Assembly: GCF_009914755.1 (NCBI RefSeq) | Contig: NC_060926.1 | Length of the DNA stretch: 64,000 nt | Reading direction: 5' to 3' (one strand) | Origin: the human T2T-CHM13v2.0 reference genome, Homo sapiens | Position numbers and translations under genes: made by a program | Shown here: positions 16,283-30,599 of the stretch, piece by piece | How positions within the stretch are numbered: the stretch's first letter is position 1 | How the letters are laid out: every line of letters starts with the position of its first letter | The notes under the pieces: generated by a model | Told to the model about the DNA's origin: nothing | Databases searched by the model: none | The model's input: the letters and a program-made list of their open reading frames with translations, nothing else

Positions 16283-17483
16283 TATGCATGTATGTGCATG
16301 TGTATGGGTATGTATATGTATATGTACATAAATTTGTAATGACAAAGAAATACATAAATGTTCTCAATGTGAAATGATAGGGCAATATAGAACTGCACTC
16401 CATGGTGTTGGATATTACATAAATTTTAAAAGAGCATGTTAGATTTACAGCTATTAATTAGAAAGTTAACCATAATGGATTTGAAAATGAGAAAATCAAG
16501 CAGCATTTAATGTAGACAGTTTTAAAAAACAAACTTCAAAATCCTATATACATAAATGAGAAAAACATTAAAATAAGTCTATGGTTTGCTTAATTGAAAA
16601 TGTATGTACAATTACATTTTAAGATTTTCAACACAGCCACTAGCAGAATTTAAATTAAGATGAATTTGTCCCAAATCACCAGAGCCAAAAGAGCAATGAA
16701 AACAAGCGCAGAAATAAAATGAAATGGCAAAGATGGCAAATCTGAAAGTATAAAACAAGATGAAGGTATACGTTCAAATACAAAATGGTAGACAGTACTC
16801 AATCTGTCAGTAGATGACTTTCTTATTTGCAGCTGGTGGCATGTTGGTCATATTTTTATTATCACACTCTTGTGTTAAATTAAAATCAAGTGTATCTCCA
16901 CCTTACTGCTAGACTGTGAACTCTTAAGATTGATGGTATACATTATACACTTGCGTATCTTGACTTTTCAGAGTAAAATATTCTCTCTATAAATATCCAA
17001 ACAATGAATGGATGAATTAATGAATGAATGGATGAATATACTTGCTGTACAGATTCCATAGCTGTAGCATATATTTAATGAAAGAAATAATACTCCCAGA
17101 GCTTCAAAACCTTGAGCCCATGAATATTTGTTTAATTTTAATAAACATAGAACATCACTACCAAGACCTTTCTTGTTGATTATTATGCACAAATCAGTTT
17201 CTTTTTTCCTGGAATTATCGAGGGAAAAAGAAGCCATTGATTAAATATGTTTGAGAATATTAGACATTATATTTCTTACTTAAGTCTTCAAAATTTATGA
17301 TGCTGTGATTGCTATTAATATTGGAAGCTCTAAAAATACTAATTAAATGTAATCACTGGTTAAGTATATATTAACTAGTCAGTATATATATAGTTAAATA
17401 AATGTGTGGTTAGTGTAACTAAGAATTTTTCATACCTTCTTAAATATAAAAAATTTCCAAGTAATAGTTTTAAAAAAAAAAAA

Positions 17484-19735
17484 CCTTCTATTTTAGGTTC
17501 AGGGGCACATGTGAAGGTTTATTGTATAGGTTAACTCATGTCATGGGGGTTTGTTATACAAATTATTTCACCACCGAGGTACTAAGCCCAGTACGCAGTA
17601 GTTATCTTTTCTGCTTCTCCTGCTTCTCCCAACCTCCACCTTCAAGTAGACCCTAGTGTCTGTCGTTTCTTCTTTGTGTTCATGGGTTCTCATCATTTAG
17701 CTCCCACTTACAAGTGAGAAAGTGTGGTATTTGGTTTTCTGTTCCTGTGTTAGTTTGCTAAGGATAATGGCCTCCAGGTTCATCCATATTCCTGCAAAAA
17801 ACATGATCTCATTCTTTTTATGGCTGCATAGTACTCCATGGTGTATATGTATACATATACAAGTGGTATATAATACATATACAAGTGGTGTATATGTACC
17901 ACATTTTCTTTATTCAATCTGTCATTGATGAGCATTTAGGTTGATTTCATGTCTTTGCCACTGTGAATAGTGCTGAAATGTACATTCATATATGCATGTT
18001 TCTTTACAGTAGGATGATTTATATTCTTCTGGGTGTATACCCAGTAATGGAATTGCTGGGTTGAATGGTTGTTCCCCTTTTAGCTCTTTGAGGAATTGCT
18101 ACACTGCTTTCCACAATGGTTGAACACTCCCACCAACGATGTATAAGTGTTCTCCTTTCTCTGCAACTTTGTCAGTTTCTGTTATTTTTTGACTTTTTAA
18201 TGTAGCCATTCTGAGTGGTGTGAGGTGGTATCTCACTGTGGTTTTGATTTACATTTCTCTAATTATCAGAGATATTGAGCATTTTTTCATACGCTTGTTG
18301 GCTGGACATATGTCTTCCTTTGAAAACTGTCTGTTTATGTCCTTTGCCCACTTTTTAATGAGTTTGTTTTTCTCCTGTAAATTGAAGTTCCTTATAGTGC
18401 TGAATATTTTGTCAGATGCATAGTTTGCAAAATTTTTCTCCCATTCTGTAGGTTGCCTGTTTACTCTGTTGATAGTTTCTTTCACTGTGCAGAAGCTCTT
18501 AAGTTTAATTAGATCTTGTTTGTCAATTTTTGCTTTTCTTGCAATTGTTTTTGGCATTTTGTCATAAAATCTTTGCCCATTCCTATGTCCACAATGATAT
18601 TGCCTAGGCTGTCTTCCAGGGTTTTTGTAATTTTAGATTTTACATTTATGTCTTTAATCCATCTTGAGTTGGTTTTTGTATATGTTGTAAGTAAGGGGTC
18701 CAGCTTCAATCTTCTACATTTGGCTAGCCAGTTATCCCAGCGCCATTTATTGAATAGGGAGTCTTTTCTCCATTGCTTGTTTTTGTCAACTTTGTCAAAG
18801 ATCAGAGGGTCACAGGTGAGTGACCTTATTTCTGAGTTCTCTATTCTATTCCATTGGTCTATGTGCCTGTTTTTGTACCAGTACTGTGCTGCTTTGATTA
18901 CTGTAGTGCTGTAGTATAGTTTGAAGTTGGGTAATGTAATGCAACCAGCCTTTTTGTTTTTTTCTCTTGGGATTACCTTGGCTCTTTGGGGCTCTTTTTT
19001 TGGTATTATATGAATTTTAAAATAGTTTTTTGTTAATTCTCTGAAGAATGTCATTGGCAGTTTGCTAGGAATAGCATTGAATCTATAAATTGCTTTAGGT
19101 ATATGCCCATTTTAATGATACTGATTCTATCCATGAGCATATGATGTTTTTTGTTTTTGTCATCTCCAATTTCTTTGAGAAGTGTTTTGCAATTCTCTTT
19201 GCAGAGATCTTTCACTTCCCTGCTTAGCTGTATTCCCAGGTATTTTATTCTATCTGTGGCAATTGAATGGGATTGCCTTTCTGGTTTGGCTCTCGGCTTG
19301 GCTCTTGCTGGTGCATATGAATGTAGGGATTTTTGTACATTGATTTTGTATCCTGAGACTTTGCTGAAGTTGTTTATCAGTGAAAGGTGTTTTTGTTTCA
19401 AGATTATGGGATATAGGATTTTCTAGACATAGAATCATGTTGTCTGCAAACGGACAGTTTGACCTCCTCCCTTCTTATTTGGATGCCCTTTATTTCTAGG
19501 ATGGCCTAATTTCTCTGGCCAGGATTTTGAATACTATGTAGAATAGGAGTGGTGAGAGGACATCCTTTTCTTGTGCCAGTTTTCAAGGGGGATGCTTCCA
19601 GCTTTTGACCATTCAGTATGATGTTGGCTGTGGATTTTTCATAGATGGCTCTTATTATTTTGAGGTTTTCCTTCAATATCTTGCTTCTTGAGAATTTTTA
19701 ACATGAAGAGGTGTCAAATTTTATCACAAGCCTTT
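17484..19735 (-). mobile_element. 5'-truncated L1 (L1PA13-16-like)
   Basis: ORF2 fragments 18249-19401(-) ([30 protein letters not shown]); 3'UTR at the left end. Confidence 0.93.
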
Positions 19736-20499
19736 TAAAATTTCAATTGTAAATAACTTTCATTTTCAAAATAAGTTTTATTTCCATGATTTTAGAAATG
19801 CTACCAAACAATTCAAGCAATTAATTAATGCTTTTCTGCTAGATATTTTAAATATTGTTCTTATCACAATTTAGACTTAAAAAGTCTTAAATCTCTCTTT
19901 AAAAAGTTTATCTCTTTAAAAAAAGTTTATCTCTTTAAAAAAAGAGCCACAGCTCCTTATTACTAAACACATTGAATTTTGATCTATTTCTTTGATTTTC
20001 AAAAAATTTCAAAATTTCTGTTTTATTTTATTCATCTTAAGATTTCTTCCTGAATTTATCTTGTTATTACAAACTTATTTTTTTTTTGCATGGCTTTTTT
20101 CTGATACTTCTTTTTTCATGTAAGTAAAAGTCAGGAAAATTAAAAATTTATTATTTCCAGGAATATCATTTTCTCTACGAATTAAAGTAGCTATTATATA
20201 CATATGCTTTTTCATTTATATACATATGTGCCTATGTTTTCTTATCTCTAATATGATATAGTAATAGAATCTTCAGAATTTTTTTGCTAGAATTATTTGC
20301 TAATATTTATAAAGCTCATTGAATGCTTCCTGGAATATAGTAAACACCCTAAATACTAGCTATGTCTTTGTACATATGATTTAAAAAAATTTACAAATAG
20401 AATAAGCTATTTTTATACACTTACATATATGTATGTAGTTATTAAAGTCTACACAATCTCAAAATCACTTTGCTTCTTGTTACATAAGCATCATAGTAA

Positions 20500-20710
20500 T
20501 TATTCTGGCCCCAGACAACCATTGATCTTCTCTTTGTAACTATCATTATTCTTCTTTTAGAATTTTATGCAAATGCAATAATAGAACATATAGTTTTCTG
20601 CGTCTGCTTTTTCTCACTTAGCATGATGTTTTGTTGATTCATTTGGTTGTTGTATACATCAGTAGTTTGTTCCTTTATATGACTGAACCCTATTCAATTG
20701 TTTGAGGATA
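20500..20710 (-). mobile_element. Old L1M 3'UTR fragment
   Basis: ccccagacaaccattgatctt...tctgctttttctcacttagcatgatg. Confidence 0.55.
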
Positions 20711-21868
20711 CTTACTTATTTAGTGTAATCCTTTAAAACTCAAAGTCTTATAATAAATGTTTTCAAAAAATATACTCAATTTTGGCCTGCAGTAGTGTTT
20801 CTAAGCTGGCTTACTGGAATGTTTGATAAGCTTCCATCCTTTTTTGTTTTCTTCTTTTTGATAATTTATTTTTTTTCTGGCACAGCAAGAATTTTTGGGT
20901 TCAGCCTGTATTTTTCTTGCTCCAACACTGCAGTTAGCCATTTATCTAAGTAGGTTTTTATGGCATTTTTGTTTTTAAAATATACTCCACTCGAATTATT
21001 TGGTTAAAAGTATGCATTCAGAAAATGATTGTGCTGCTTATTTTCCCATTTTCTTCTGTGTAATTTTGCTATCAATTACATATACAATAGTATTACTTTG
21101 TTTCTGTATTGCAAATTTAAGCATGCTCTCAATCTCATTTTAATTTTAAAAAATATAAAAATATGTCTTCAAAAATAGTTAATGCTCAGAGAAATATAAT
21201 TCCCTTTATCATCCATTTCCCTACTTCTCATCCATCACTTAGAAGGGAACCAAATTTATTAGTTGCCCCATTTAATTTTTCTCTTTAGTTTTTTAATAAT
21301 TAAGCTTATTAATCCACCCATGCAGGCTTTCTGTGTGTGTGATATATGTGTGTGTATGTAAGTGTGTATGTGTGCAATGGCTGCCTCATGGCTGCAGGAG
21401 ATAAAGTAAGGTGGACAAGACAAATCACATTTTAAATATGTTGGTGAGAGACATCCTGCAAAACACACTAATGATGCTTTATAATGGAAAAAAAACTTAT
21501 CTATGGAAAAGTTTTACCATATCTGAATAGAATTGCTTATATTAAACAAAACCTAGAATACATGAATTTATAGAGTGTGGCTCTCTTGAACATGTCACAT
21601 TAACAGTATAACTATTGGAATATCAAATGGAGATACATCCTGAACCAAAAAGCTTCCTTTGTGCATGCAATCACCTCTTGTACTTAATGAACTCGTATGT
21701 AAAGTCTGAATGATGCTAAAGCAGTATGATATGCATGGAAAGCAAAATTGTATCCTAGGTTTTTTTCCTTGCTTTATATATGCCTGGTGACTACGTGTAT
21801 TCTTGAAACTACTGATAAAGCAAACTTAATACTGGGTAGGAGCTCTAATTATTTTAAGTACGATTTGA

Positions 21869-22232
<364 letters not shown>

Positions 22233-22964
22233 CCCCTTTTTTCAATTTCTAATATAACTTGGCAATGACTCAGTATCTGTTCAGAGAGATTTTATGTTTA
22301 TTTTTACAGCTGCTCAATAATTCACTGATTTCCCAAGTATGGTAATTTAGTTTATTGTTCCAAAACATTGTAATTACAAATAGTTATTTAATTAATAACT
22401 TTGTTAATAAGTATTTTTTAACTTTATTTCAAAAAGCATATTTTAGAAAATTAATTCCAAAAAGTAAGTTAATAGATAAAATAGTTTATAGATATTGCCA
22501 CAATCTTATCAGAAACATACATATAGTATTTCATTTCCATTAAATATATATATATGGCCTATGCATATATATTTATATACATATATATATGCATAGGCCA
22601 TATATATATATAGATATATATAGATATATATATATATGCCAACAGAGTCAAGCTTTCAATTTTTGACTATATAACTTTTGAGTAATGTTATTTCAGTGTA
22701 GTTCAAATTTTCATTTACCTTATGCTTGAAGCAGTACTTATTCTTATATGTATAAGAATCACTATATCATTTTTTGTGAATTTTCTTATATCTTCCCATT
22801 TTTCTATGGTCTTTTGTTTCAGCATCTTTAACAATAATTATTTATATTTATTATTTGTTTATCTATAATATATATTACAATATTTTTCCTAATTGTTGGT
22901 TATCTTCTAATTCTGATCATCATGCTTCTTATCTCACAATTAACTATATTCATATATCAATATA

Positions 22965-25366
22965 TGTGTTGGGCCATCTTTGAATTGCTATAAAGAAATA
23001 TCTGAAGCTGGTTAATTTATAAAGAAATGAGGTTTAATTGTCTCATGGTCCTGCAGGCTGTACAGGAAACATGGCACCAGCATTGGCTCAGCTTCTGGTG
23101 AGACCTCAAGGAGTTTTTATTCATGTTAGGAGGCAGAGAGGGAGCCGGAGTATCATATGGCAAGAGAGAGCCAGAGAGAGAGAAAGGGGAGGTGCCATTC
23201 TCTTTTAAACAACCACATATCTTGTGATGTCACTCTTCACTGTGAGAATGGCACCAAGCATTCATGAAGGGTCCATCCTCGCACCTGCCACAGGGCCCAC
23301 GTCCACCACTGGGGATTCCATTTCAACATGAGATTTGGAGGGGGAAAACATCCAAACTATATCATTCTACCTCTGGCCCTCAAATCTCATGTTCTTCTCA
23401 CATTATAAAGTACAATCATGCCTTCCCAATACTTCCCCAAAATCTTAACTTATTTCAGCATTAAATCAATCAAAAGTCCAAAGTCTCATTTAGGACTCAA
23501 GTTCCTTCCATAAAACATACGAAAAAATGTTATTTTCTTCCAAGATACTATGGTGGTACAAGCATTGGGTAAACATTCCCATCCCCAAGAACAGAAATCC
23601 TTCTAAAGTAAGAGCCCTTGGCATGTCCTAAGCCCAATAGGGCAGTCAGTGAATCTTAAAGCTCCAAAATAACCTCCTTTGACACAATGTCTTACATCCA
23701 GGATACAGTGGTGCAGGGAGTGGGCTCCCCAGGCCCTGAGCAGCCTTTCCCCTGCAGCTTTGCAGGATGCAACCCACATGGCTGCTCTCACAAGTCAGAG
23801 TTGAGTGCTTTTGGTTTTTCCAGGAAGATGGTGTAATCTGCCCGTGGGGCTACCATTCTGGGATCTGGAAGGTAGTGGTCTCCTTCCCACAGCTCTACTA
23901 GGCAGTGTCCTAGTGGTCACTCTGTGTGGGGGCTCCAATCCCACATTTCCTCTTGGCACTGCACCAGTAGAATATTTCTGTATGGGCTGCAAGTTTCTGC
24001 CAGGGCACCCAGGTTTTCCCATACATCTTTTGAAATCTAAGCAGAAGTTCTTAAGCTTCCTTTACTCTTGCATTCTGTGTGCCTGCAGGCTTAACACTAT
24101 GTGGAAGCCACCAAAGCTTATGGCTGGTACCCTCAGGCATGGCCTCGAGCTGTACCTGGAGCGCTTTGAGCTGAGGCAGAGGCTGGAGCTTCCAGGATGT
24201 AGGGAGCAGTGTCCAGAGGCTGCACAGTGCAGCATGGTCCTGGGCCTGATACCTAAAGCCATTCTTTACTCCTAGGCCTCCAGGTCTATGATGGGAGGGG
24301 CTGCCTAGAAAATCTCTGAAATGCTTTGGAAGACTTTTCCTCATTGTTTTGAATGTTAGCATTTGGATTCCTTTTAATTATGTTAATATCTCTAGCATGT
24401 GGTAGCTCCACAGCCTGATTGGATTCTTTCTCACCACAGAGCCAGTCTGCAAATTTTCTACAGTTTTATACTCTGCTTCCCTTTAAATTATAAACTCCAA
24501 CTTTAAGTCATTTATTTGCACTCATATTTGATTGTAGGTTGTTAGAAGCAGCCAGAATGCATCTTGAATGCTTTTCTGCTTAGATTATTTTTTCCACCAG
24601 ATTTCCTACATCATCACTCAAGTTTAAACTTCCACAAAGCCCCAAGACACGAGCACAAAGCAGCCAAGTTCTTTGCTAATGCATAAGAAGGATAATTTTT
24701 TACTCCAGTTCCCAATAAATTTCTCATTTTCATCTGGGACTACATCAGCCTGGACTTTACTGTCCATATCACTATCAGCACTTTGGTCACAATCATTTAA
24801 TCAATCTCTAAGAAGTTCCAAACTTTCCCTCACCTTCTTGTTCTCTTCTGAGCACTCCAAACTCTTCCAGCCTCTTCTCATTACCAAGTTCCAAAGCTGC
24901 TTAAACATTTTCAGGTATATTTATAGCAACTTCCTACACCTTGCTGCCAATTTTCTGTGTCAGGCCATTTTTGAGTTGCCACTAATAAATACTTGAGGCT
25001 AGATAATTTATAAAGGAAAGAGGTTTAACTAACTCATGGTTCTTTAGGTTGTACAGGAAGTGTGATGCCAACATCTGCCTGTCTTCCAGTGAGGCCTCAA
25101 GGAGCTTTAACTCATAGTGGAAGACAAAAGAGTAGCCAGAATATCACATGGTGAGAGCAGGAACAAGAGGGGTTAGGGGAATTGCTATGCTCTTTTAAAC
25201 AATCAGATATTGTGTGAAGTCATGCATTACTGTGAGGATGGCACCAAGCCATTCCTGACGAATCTGCCCCCCATGATCCAAAAACCTGCCACCAGGTCCT
25301 ACCTCCAACATTGGGGATTACTCTTCAAAAGGAGATATGGAGAGGATACACAGCCAGACTATATCA
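22965..25366 (-). mobile_element. Complete MST (ERVL-MaLR) provirus: LTR 22965-23364, internal 23365-24955, LTR 24956-25366
   Basis: Two homologous ~400 bp LTRs (tgtg...tatca), MaLR internal sequence between them, and a 5-bp TSD ATATA on both sides. Confidence 0.92.
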
Positions 25367-25749
25367 ATATATATGTAGTCAAAATTGCAATCTTTTTTTT
25401 TTTTAATTTGGGGTTTTGAGTTATAAGTTCACCATTTCTTACATACAGATTTTTAAAAATTCACCCTTGTTTTATTTGAGTACTTGCATAGTTTCATTTT
25501 TAAATTACTTTTATTTGCTAGATAACTATGTTTATATTTTACTCTATAAAATATAAAACATTCTATTTTATATTTTTCGAAATAAGCTATCCAGTTATTT
25601 TAAAATTCATCTTTGCTCCAGAGATTTTTATATGCTACATTCCAATATACTACATTTTCATATATTTATGGTAGTATTTCTAGACTTTCTTTTACAATGT
25701 AGTTATCTGTCTGTTCCTATACCAGCACCATACTGTTTAATTATAAATG

Positions 25750-26240
25750 TGTATTAATTCCTACCCTGCCATAACAAATTACCATGAACTCGGAGGCATA
25801 TTACAATAGATATGCATTGCTTTATAATTCTGGAGGGTAGAAATGTGAAATCAAGGTGTCTGCAGTGCCATCCTCCCACTGAAGGCTCCAGGGGAGGATA
25901 GTTCCTTGAGTCTTGAGTCTTCAGGCTTCCATTGGTTTCTGTTAATCCTTGGCATTTCTTAGTTTGAAGATGCATCTCTCCAAACCCTGCATCCTTCATC
26001 ACATGGCCTTTGTCCTGTATATCTTCCATTAGCTCCAGAGCCTGCATCTGTCTCTTCTCATCTTTATAATAGGACTGTAATGTTACTGGTTAAGGGCCCT
26101 CCCTATTAAGTATGACTTAATCTTAACTTGATTACATACACAAAGACTCAATTGCCACTTAAGGTCACGGTCACATTCACAGGTACTGAGATTTAAGGCT
26201 TGAGCATATTTTTAGGGGGCTTGCAATTTAACTCATAACC
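25750..26240 (-). mobile_element. MLT1 (B/C-like) solo LTR within old L1M sequence
   Basis: gccataacaaattacca...tctggagggtagaaatgtgaaatcaaggtgtc...cacattcacaggtactg. Confidence 0.75.
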
Positions 26241-27244
26241 AAATGCATCACAGAATGCCTTAATGTTTGGAAGTACTAACTTCTCTTATGTTTCTTTTTC
26301 AGAGTTTTTCCAAATTTTTGCATATCTATGTTGCCTATTAACTTTATTATCAACTAGTCTAATTCTAGAAAAGAGCTAGTTGGTGCTTTTATTGAGAACT
26401 CATTAAATTATAAATCTATACAATTTATAAATTATAAATCATTGAATTAAATCTAGAAAACAAATTAGAGAGACTTATCATGTTTATAATCTTGAATCAT
26501 TCTATCTAAATATAGGGGATTTCTTTTCCTTTGTTCATACCTACATTTGTATATTTCAGAAGCGTTTTAGCTTTTTAAAATTTAGGGTTTTAAAATGTGT
26601 TTATACTATAACCCATTATTTTGTGTTTTATGCATTATTTATGTAGGTTTCATGCATAGGCATGCACTTTTAAACAATGTCATTTTTCTGTGTACTTAAA
26701 AATTTTCTAAATCCTTTCATACTGTAGGTAAGTATAAGCAACTTGTATAAATCACAAAATATAATTGCATTTGTTGTTATATACAGTTATAGGTTATTCA
26801 TGTTAAATTCAATGTGGTATAATTATTGTATGAATAAACCAGGCTCTTTTCCTGAGAAGCAATTGTGTGAATCTCCTTTTTTCCTATCAAATAATGTACT
26901 GAATAAATATCCATATCCATATTTTCAAGTACACATTTGCTGGAAGGTTAGAGTGGCATTTTTGTATACTGTAAAAATTAAACAAAGCTTCATGTTGCAT
27001 TTCAGTTTAGAACAAGTCAGAAGCCCTTTGGTTGTAATCAGTGCTTGGGAATGACAGCAGAATGGATTCTGTTTTCAACAAAAGACTACACCAAGCATTT
27101 TAAACAATTTGATTAAAAGGAACTGAATTTTATTCAGAAAAACATTGAATACAAATAATACAATTAATAATAAAGCTTAGTAAATGTATGTTAAGTTAGT
27201 TTTACCTGACATCATAAAATGTTAGTAAACCTTATTTATTAAAA

Positions 27245-27710
27245 AATTTATATTGGTTATCTTTGAGGTATACAAGATGATGTATTTTTAAATGGTATAG
27301 TGGTTACTAGAGTGAAGCAAGTTAAATGTCTATCATCTCACTTAGTTTTATCGTTCTGTGGCAAGAGCAGTTAAAACCTACTTATTAAAAAAATCCCTAA
27401 TACAATGCAATTGTATGAATTATAGCTTTAAATTATACAGTAGATATCTAGACTTGTTCAATCTATATATCTGCTACTTTGTATTCTTTGACCTACATCC
27501 TCTCATTTCCTCTCCCTCCACCCTCATCCCTGGTAACTATGGTTTATTTTCTATCTCTGCATATTTGACTTTAAAAAAATTCCTTATATAAATGAGATCA
27601 TACAGTATTTTCCTTTCTATGTCTGTTTTATTTTTATTTTATTTAACATAAAGTCCTCCAGTTCTTCCACCCATCCTGTGGCAAATGGCAGGGTCTCTCT
27701 CTTTTATTTT
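27245..27710 (-). mobile_element. L1MA 3'UTR fragment
   Basis: gtacagtagatatctagacttgttc-like and ccctggtaactatgg...aaatgagatcatacagtatttt motifs. Confidence 0.65.
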
Positions 27711-28011
27711 CAAACAACTTACATAATCGTATTCTTTTTCAAAGTGTACCTAGAAATGTATCGAGAAAAACTCTTTTTGTAATAGACAGTTTCCTGATGG
27801 AGTACCCCTAAGAAACAGAATTCAAAGGGCTTAGGGGTATTATTACGGCCACATACTCAGAGATGACTTAGTAAAAGCGTGTTAACCTTTTTACACTGAA
27901 AAGAATATGTTACTGATTAACTTGATGTATGATTGCAACATTGGTGCATTTTTACCAACCAGTAAGTATTAAGCTTTGCCAATTCTTTCTTCCTTGTGTC
28001 TTTAGAATACA

Positions 28012-28177
28012 ACTACAGCCATGCGCCACCAGGCCCAGCCCATTTTTTGAAGTTTTAGTGGAGACGGGGTTTCTTCATGTTGCCCAAGCTGGTCTTGAAC
28101 TCCTGGCCTCAAGTGATGTACCCACTCCAGCCTCCCAAAGTGCTGGGATTATAGGCTTGAGCCGCTGAGCCCAGCCC
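28012..28177 (-). mobile_element. Truncated AluJ (left monomer plus linker)
   Basis: gagacggggtttcttcatgttgcccaagctggtcttgaactcctggcctcaag. Confidence 0.85.
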
Positions 28178-29539
28178 CAAGTAGAATACTTTATACGTAA
28201 CCATATAGAACACAGTGAAACATGTAAACAGAGCAAAATAGCAAGAAGATAACATCTTCAAAGCAAGGGAGATAAGAGCATGATCATGGGAATCCATGAT
28301 TCTACATCATGGTTCAAATGAGTGATTCAAAGCTTATCAAAATGTGGCTCAAAACCAATATTTAATAGTATGGATGAAAGACTGTTATAGTCAATCAGGC
28401 TATTTAGAGAAATACTCCATAATCCAACAAATGAATCCCCAAGTTTCTGTGGCTTGACGTAATAGACATTTATTCTTTGTTTATAAATCAGGCCAGTGCT
28501 GGTGTTCCTGCTTAGCATGGGAAATCAGGGACCCAGGCTCCTACCTTTCATGACTCCTCTACCCTCTTGAAATTTTTGTCCTATGCATACAACTGATGGG
28601 AAAGATTAAGTGGAGAAGTCAGACCTATTTGCTAAAACTCCTTTTGCCATTTTAGTTCATAACTGTTTCTGTCATAGCTTCCTACAAGTGGTTGACAAAA
28701 TATTGTCTATTCCATTGGAATAACACTAGCACTAATAATGACAGCATGTATCTATGATAAGGACTCTAGCCCATAGAGAGGTGCATCCTACAGAGTGGGA
28801 AGTGGAAATAAGTCTCAGTAGTAGCAGATCTTTCCAGGATAATGTTAGAATATCACATGTAGGTCAGGCCCTGTAGAAAAGCTAAGACCTCTAGATAGTG
28901 ATCTCTTTTTTAGGGGAAAACTGCAATAACTCATTAGAAAAGGTTTTAGTAAATGAATAAAGAACATGTATAGCTTCATTCAAACAAAATAAATATATAC
29001 ATGCTATCATGTGTTTTCTACCAAGAACATCATATGCTGGTGAAGAAACTGTTGGGAATCACGGAAATTAGTTGATGAGAATTATAAACGTTTAACCTCT
29101 CAGAACAATCTCTCTTAGATTTGTGTCCACACTCAGAGAATAACTGTTATACTATGATAAGAAAGAGTCAAAAAAGAATATTTCAATAAATTTCAATAAA
29201 TCCATTAAAACTACTGAACCATTGTTGAGAAGGAATACCTAGAAGACACATTAAATAATTGCTCTGCATGATTTCCAATATAGGATGCTATGTATTCTTT
29301 CTTAGCCTCCCTTCCTGCCTGGCACACCTTTGCCAAACCTTAAATTCATATTTCGACTATAATGAAGTCAAGTTACCATTGCAGAACTCATTACATAACT
29401 AGAAATCAGAGATACCACAGTGTTGGAAACTATTGGGAAATCAGACTGCTGTGATTAGAGACTATATCATTTTACCCGGTAGTACCAGGGGAGATCACTG
29501 TTTGGTCTATTTTGTTCATTGAAAATCAATAGAAAATTA

Positions 29540-29815
29540 ACACAAGAACAGAAAACCAAATACCACATGTTCTCACTTATAAGTAGGAGCTAACCCACTT
29601 AATCTTTCCCGTAAGTTGTACATGGACATAGAGATGGCAACAATAGACACTGGGGACAATAAAGGGGAGAGGGAAATATGGATGAAAGACTTGAGTAACT
29701 ATTGGGTACTATGTTCACTACCTGGTTGATCATTCCCCAAACCTCAGCATCACACAATATACCCATGTAACAAAACTGCACATGTTCTCCCTGAATGTAA
29801 AATAAATTTGAAATT
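29540..29815 (+). mobile_element. L1PB/L1PA-old 3' end fragment
   Basis: aaaaccaaataccacatgttctcacttataagt...cccaaacctcagcatcacacaatatacccatgtaac. Confidence 0.8.
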
Positions 29816-30599
29816 ATTTTTTAAATTATTATAGACCCTTGTAGAATACTGAATTGTAAACTAATTTCTATAAATAAGGTAACATCTTCATTATTCAGTC
29901 AAGTTCTTTGCATTAAAGATTTGTAAATTCACACATCCTTCCACTCATTCATTAAGTCAGTTGTTCACGTGTTTAACAGATACTCTTTCCTGCCACTTAT
30001 AAAAGTTTTGTGACATGTTCTGGGGCATAAAAAATAATTTTTCCTGACTACATGAATTTTAAAATCATTTGCAGGAAACAAATAGACAGTTGATTGCAGT
30101 TAACTCTTGATGAATCATGGTAATTTGTGAATAGAGTTATGGCCATGGGTAGTTCAAATCATTATTAAGACAAATTGACAAATCTTTTATTATTGACCAG
30201 ACTAAATGATTTGGTCATTAACTTTGGTTTAAGAGCTCTGACCTGCTCACCTTTGCAGGGAAGCTTAGGAAGATGCAGTCCATGAGTTCATTAAGACTGG
30301 TCAGTCTGTAGGGGCTAGAAGGGAGGTATGTTTATGACCACCCATTTTAGAGACCAAGTTCCTCTTTCCGTCAATTAATACTATAGGTTTTGGAGGCCAT
30401 CAAACACAGCTCAATTTTTGGAGACGTTCACTCCAAAGCATATCCCTACCCCTTGTTGGAACTTAACATTGTTCATCCTAAAATTAATTAAATCCTTTTT
30501 CCCAAGATAATCTGGATTTTACTAGAAAGTATTTTTAATATGGACATAAATTAAAATGTAATACAATAATGAAAAACATGAATAAATCTCTGCCAATAG

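Noticed and set aside
18249-19438. RT-like ORFs
   Set aside because: Frameshifted fragments of L1 ORF2, not a novel reverse-transcriptase system.
23603-24996. Overlapping 100-156 aa ORFs
   Set aside because: MST internal and LTR sequence, decayed.
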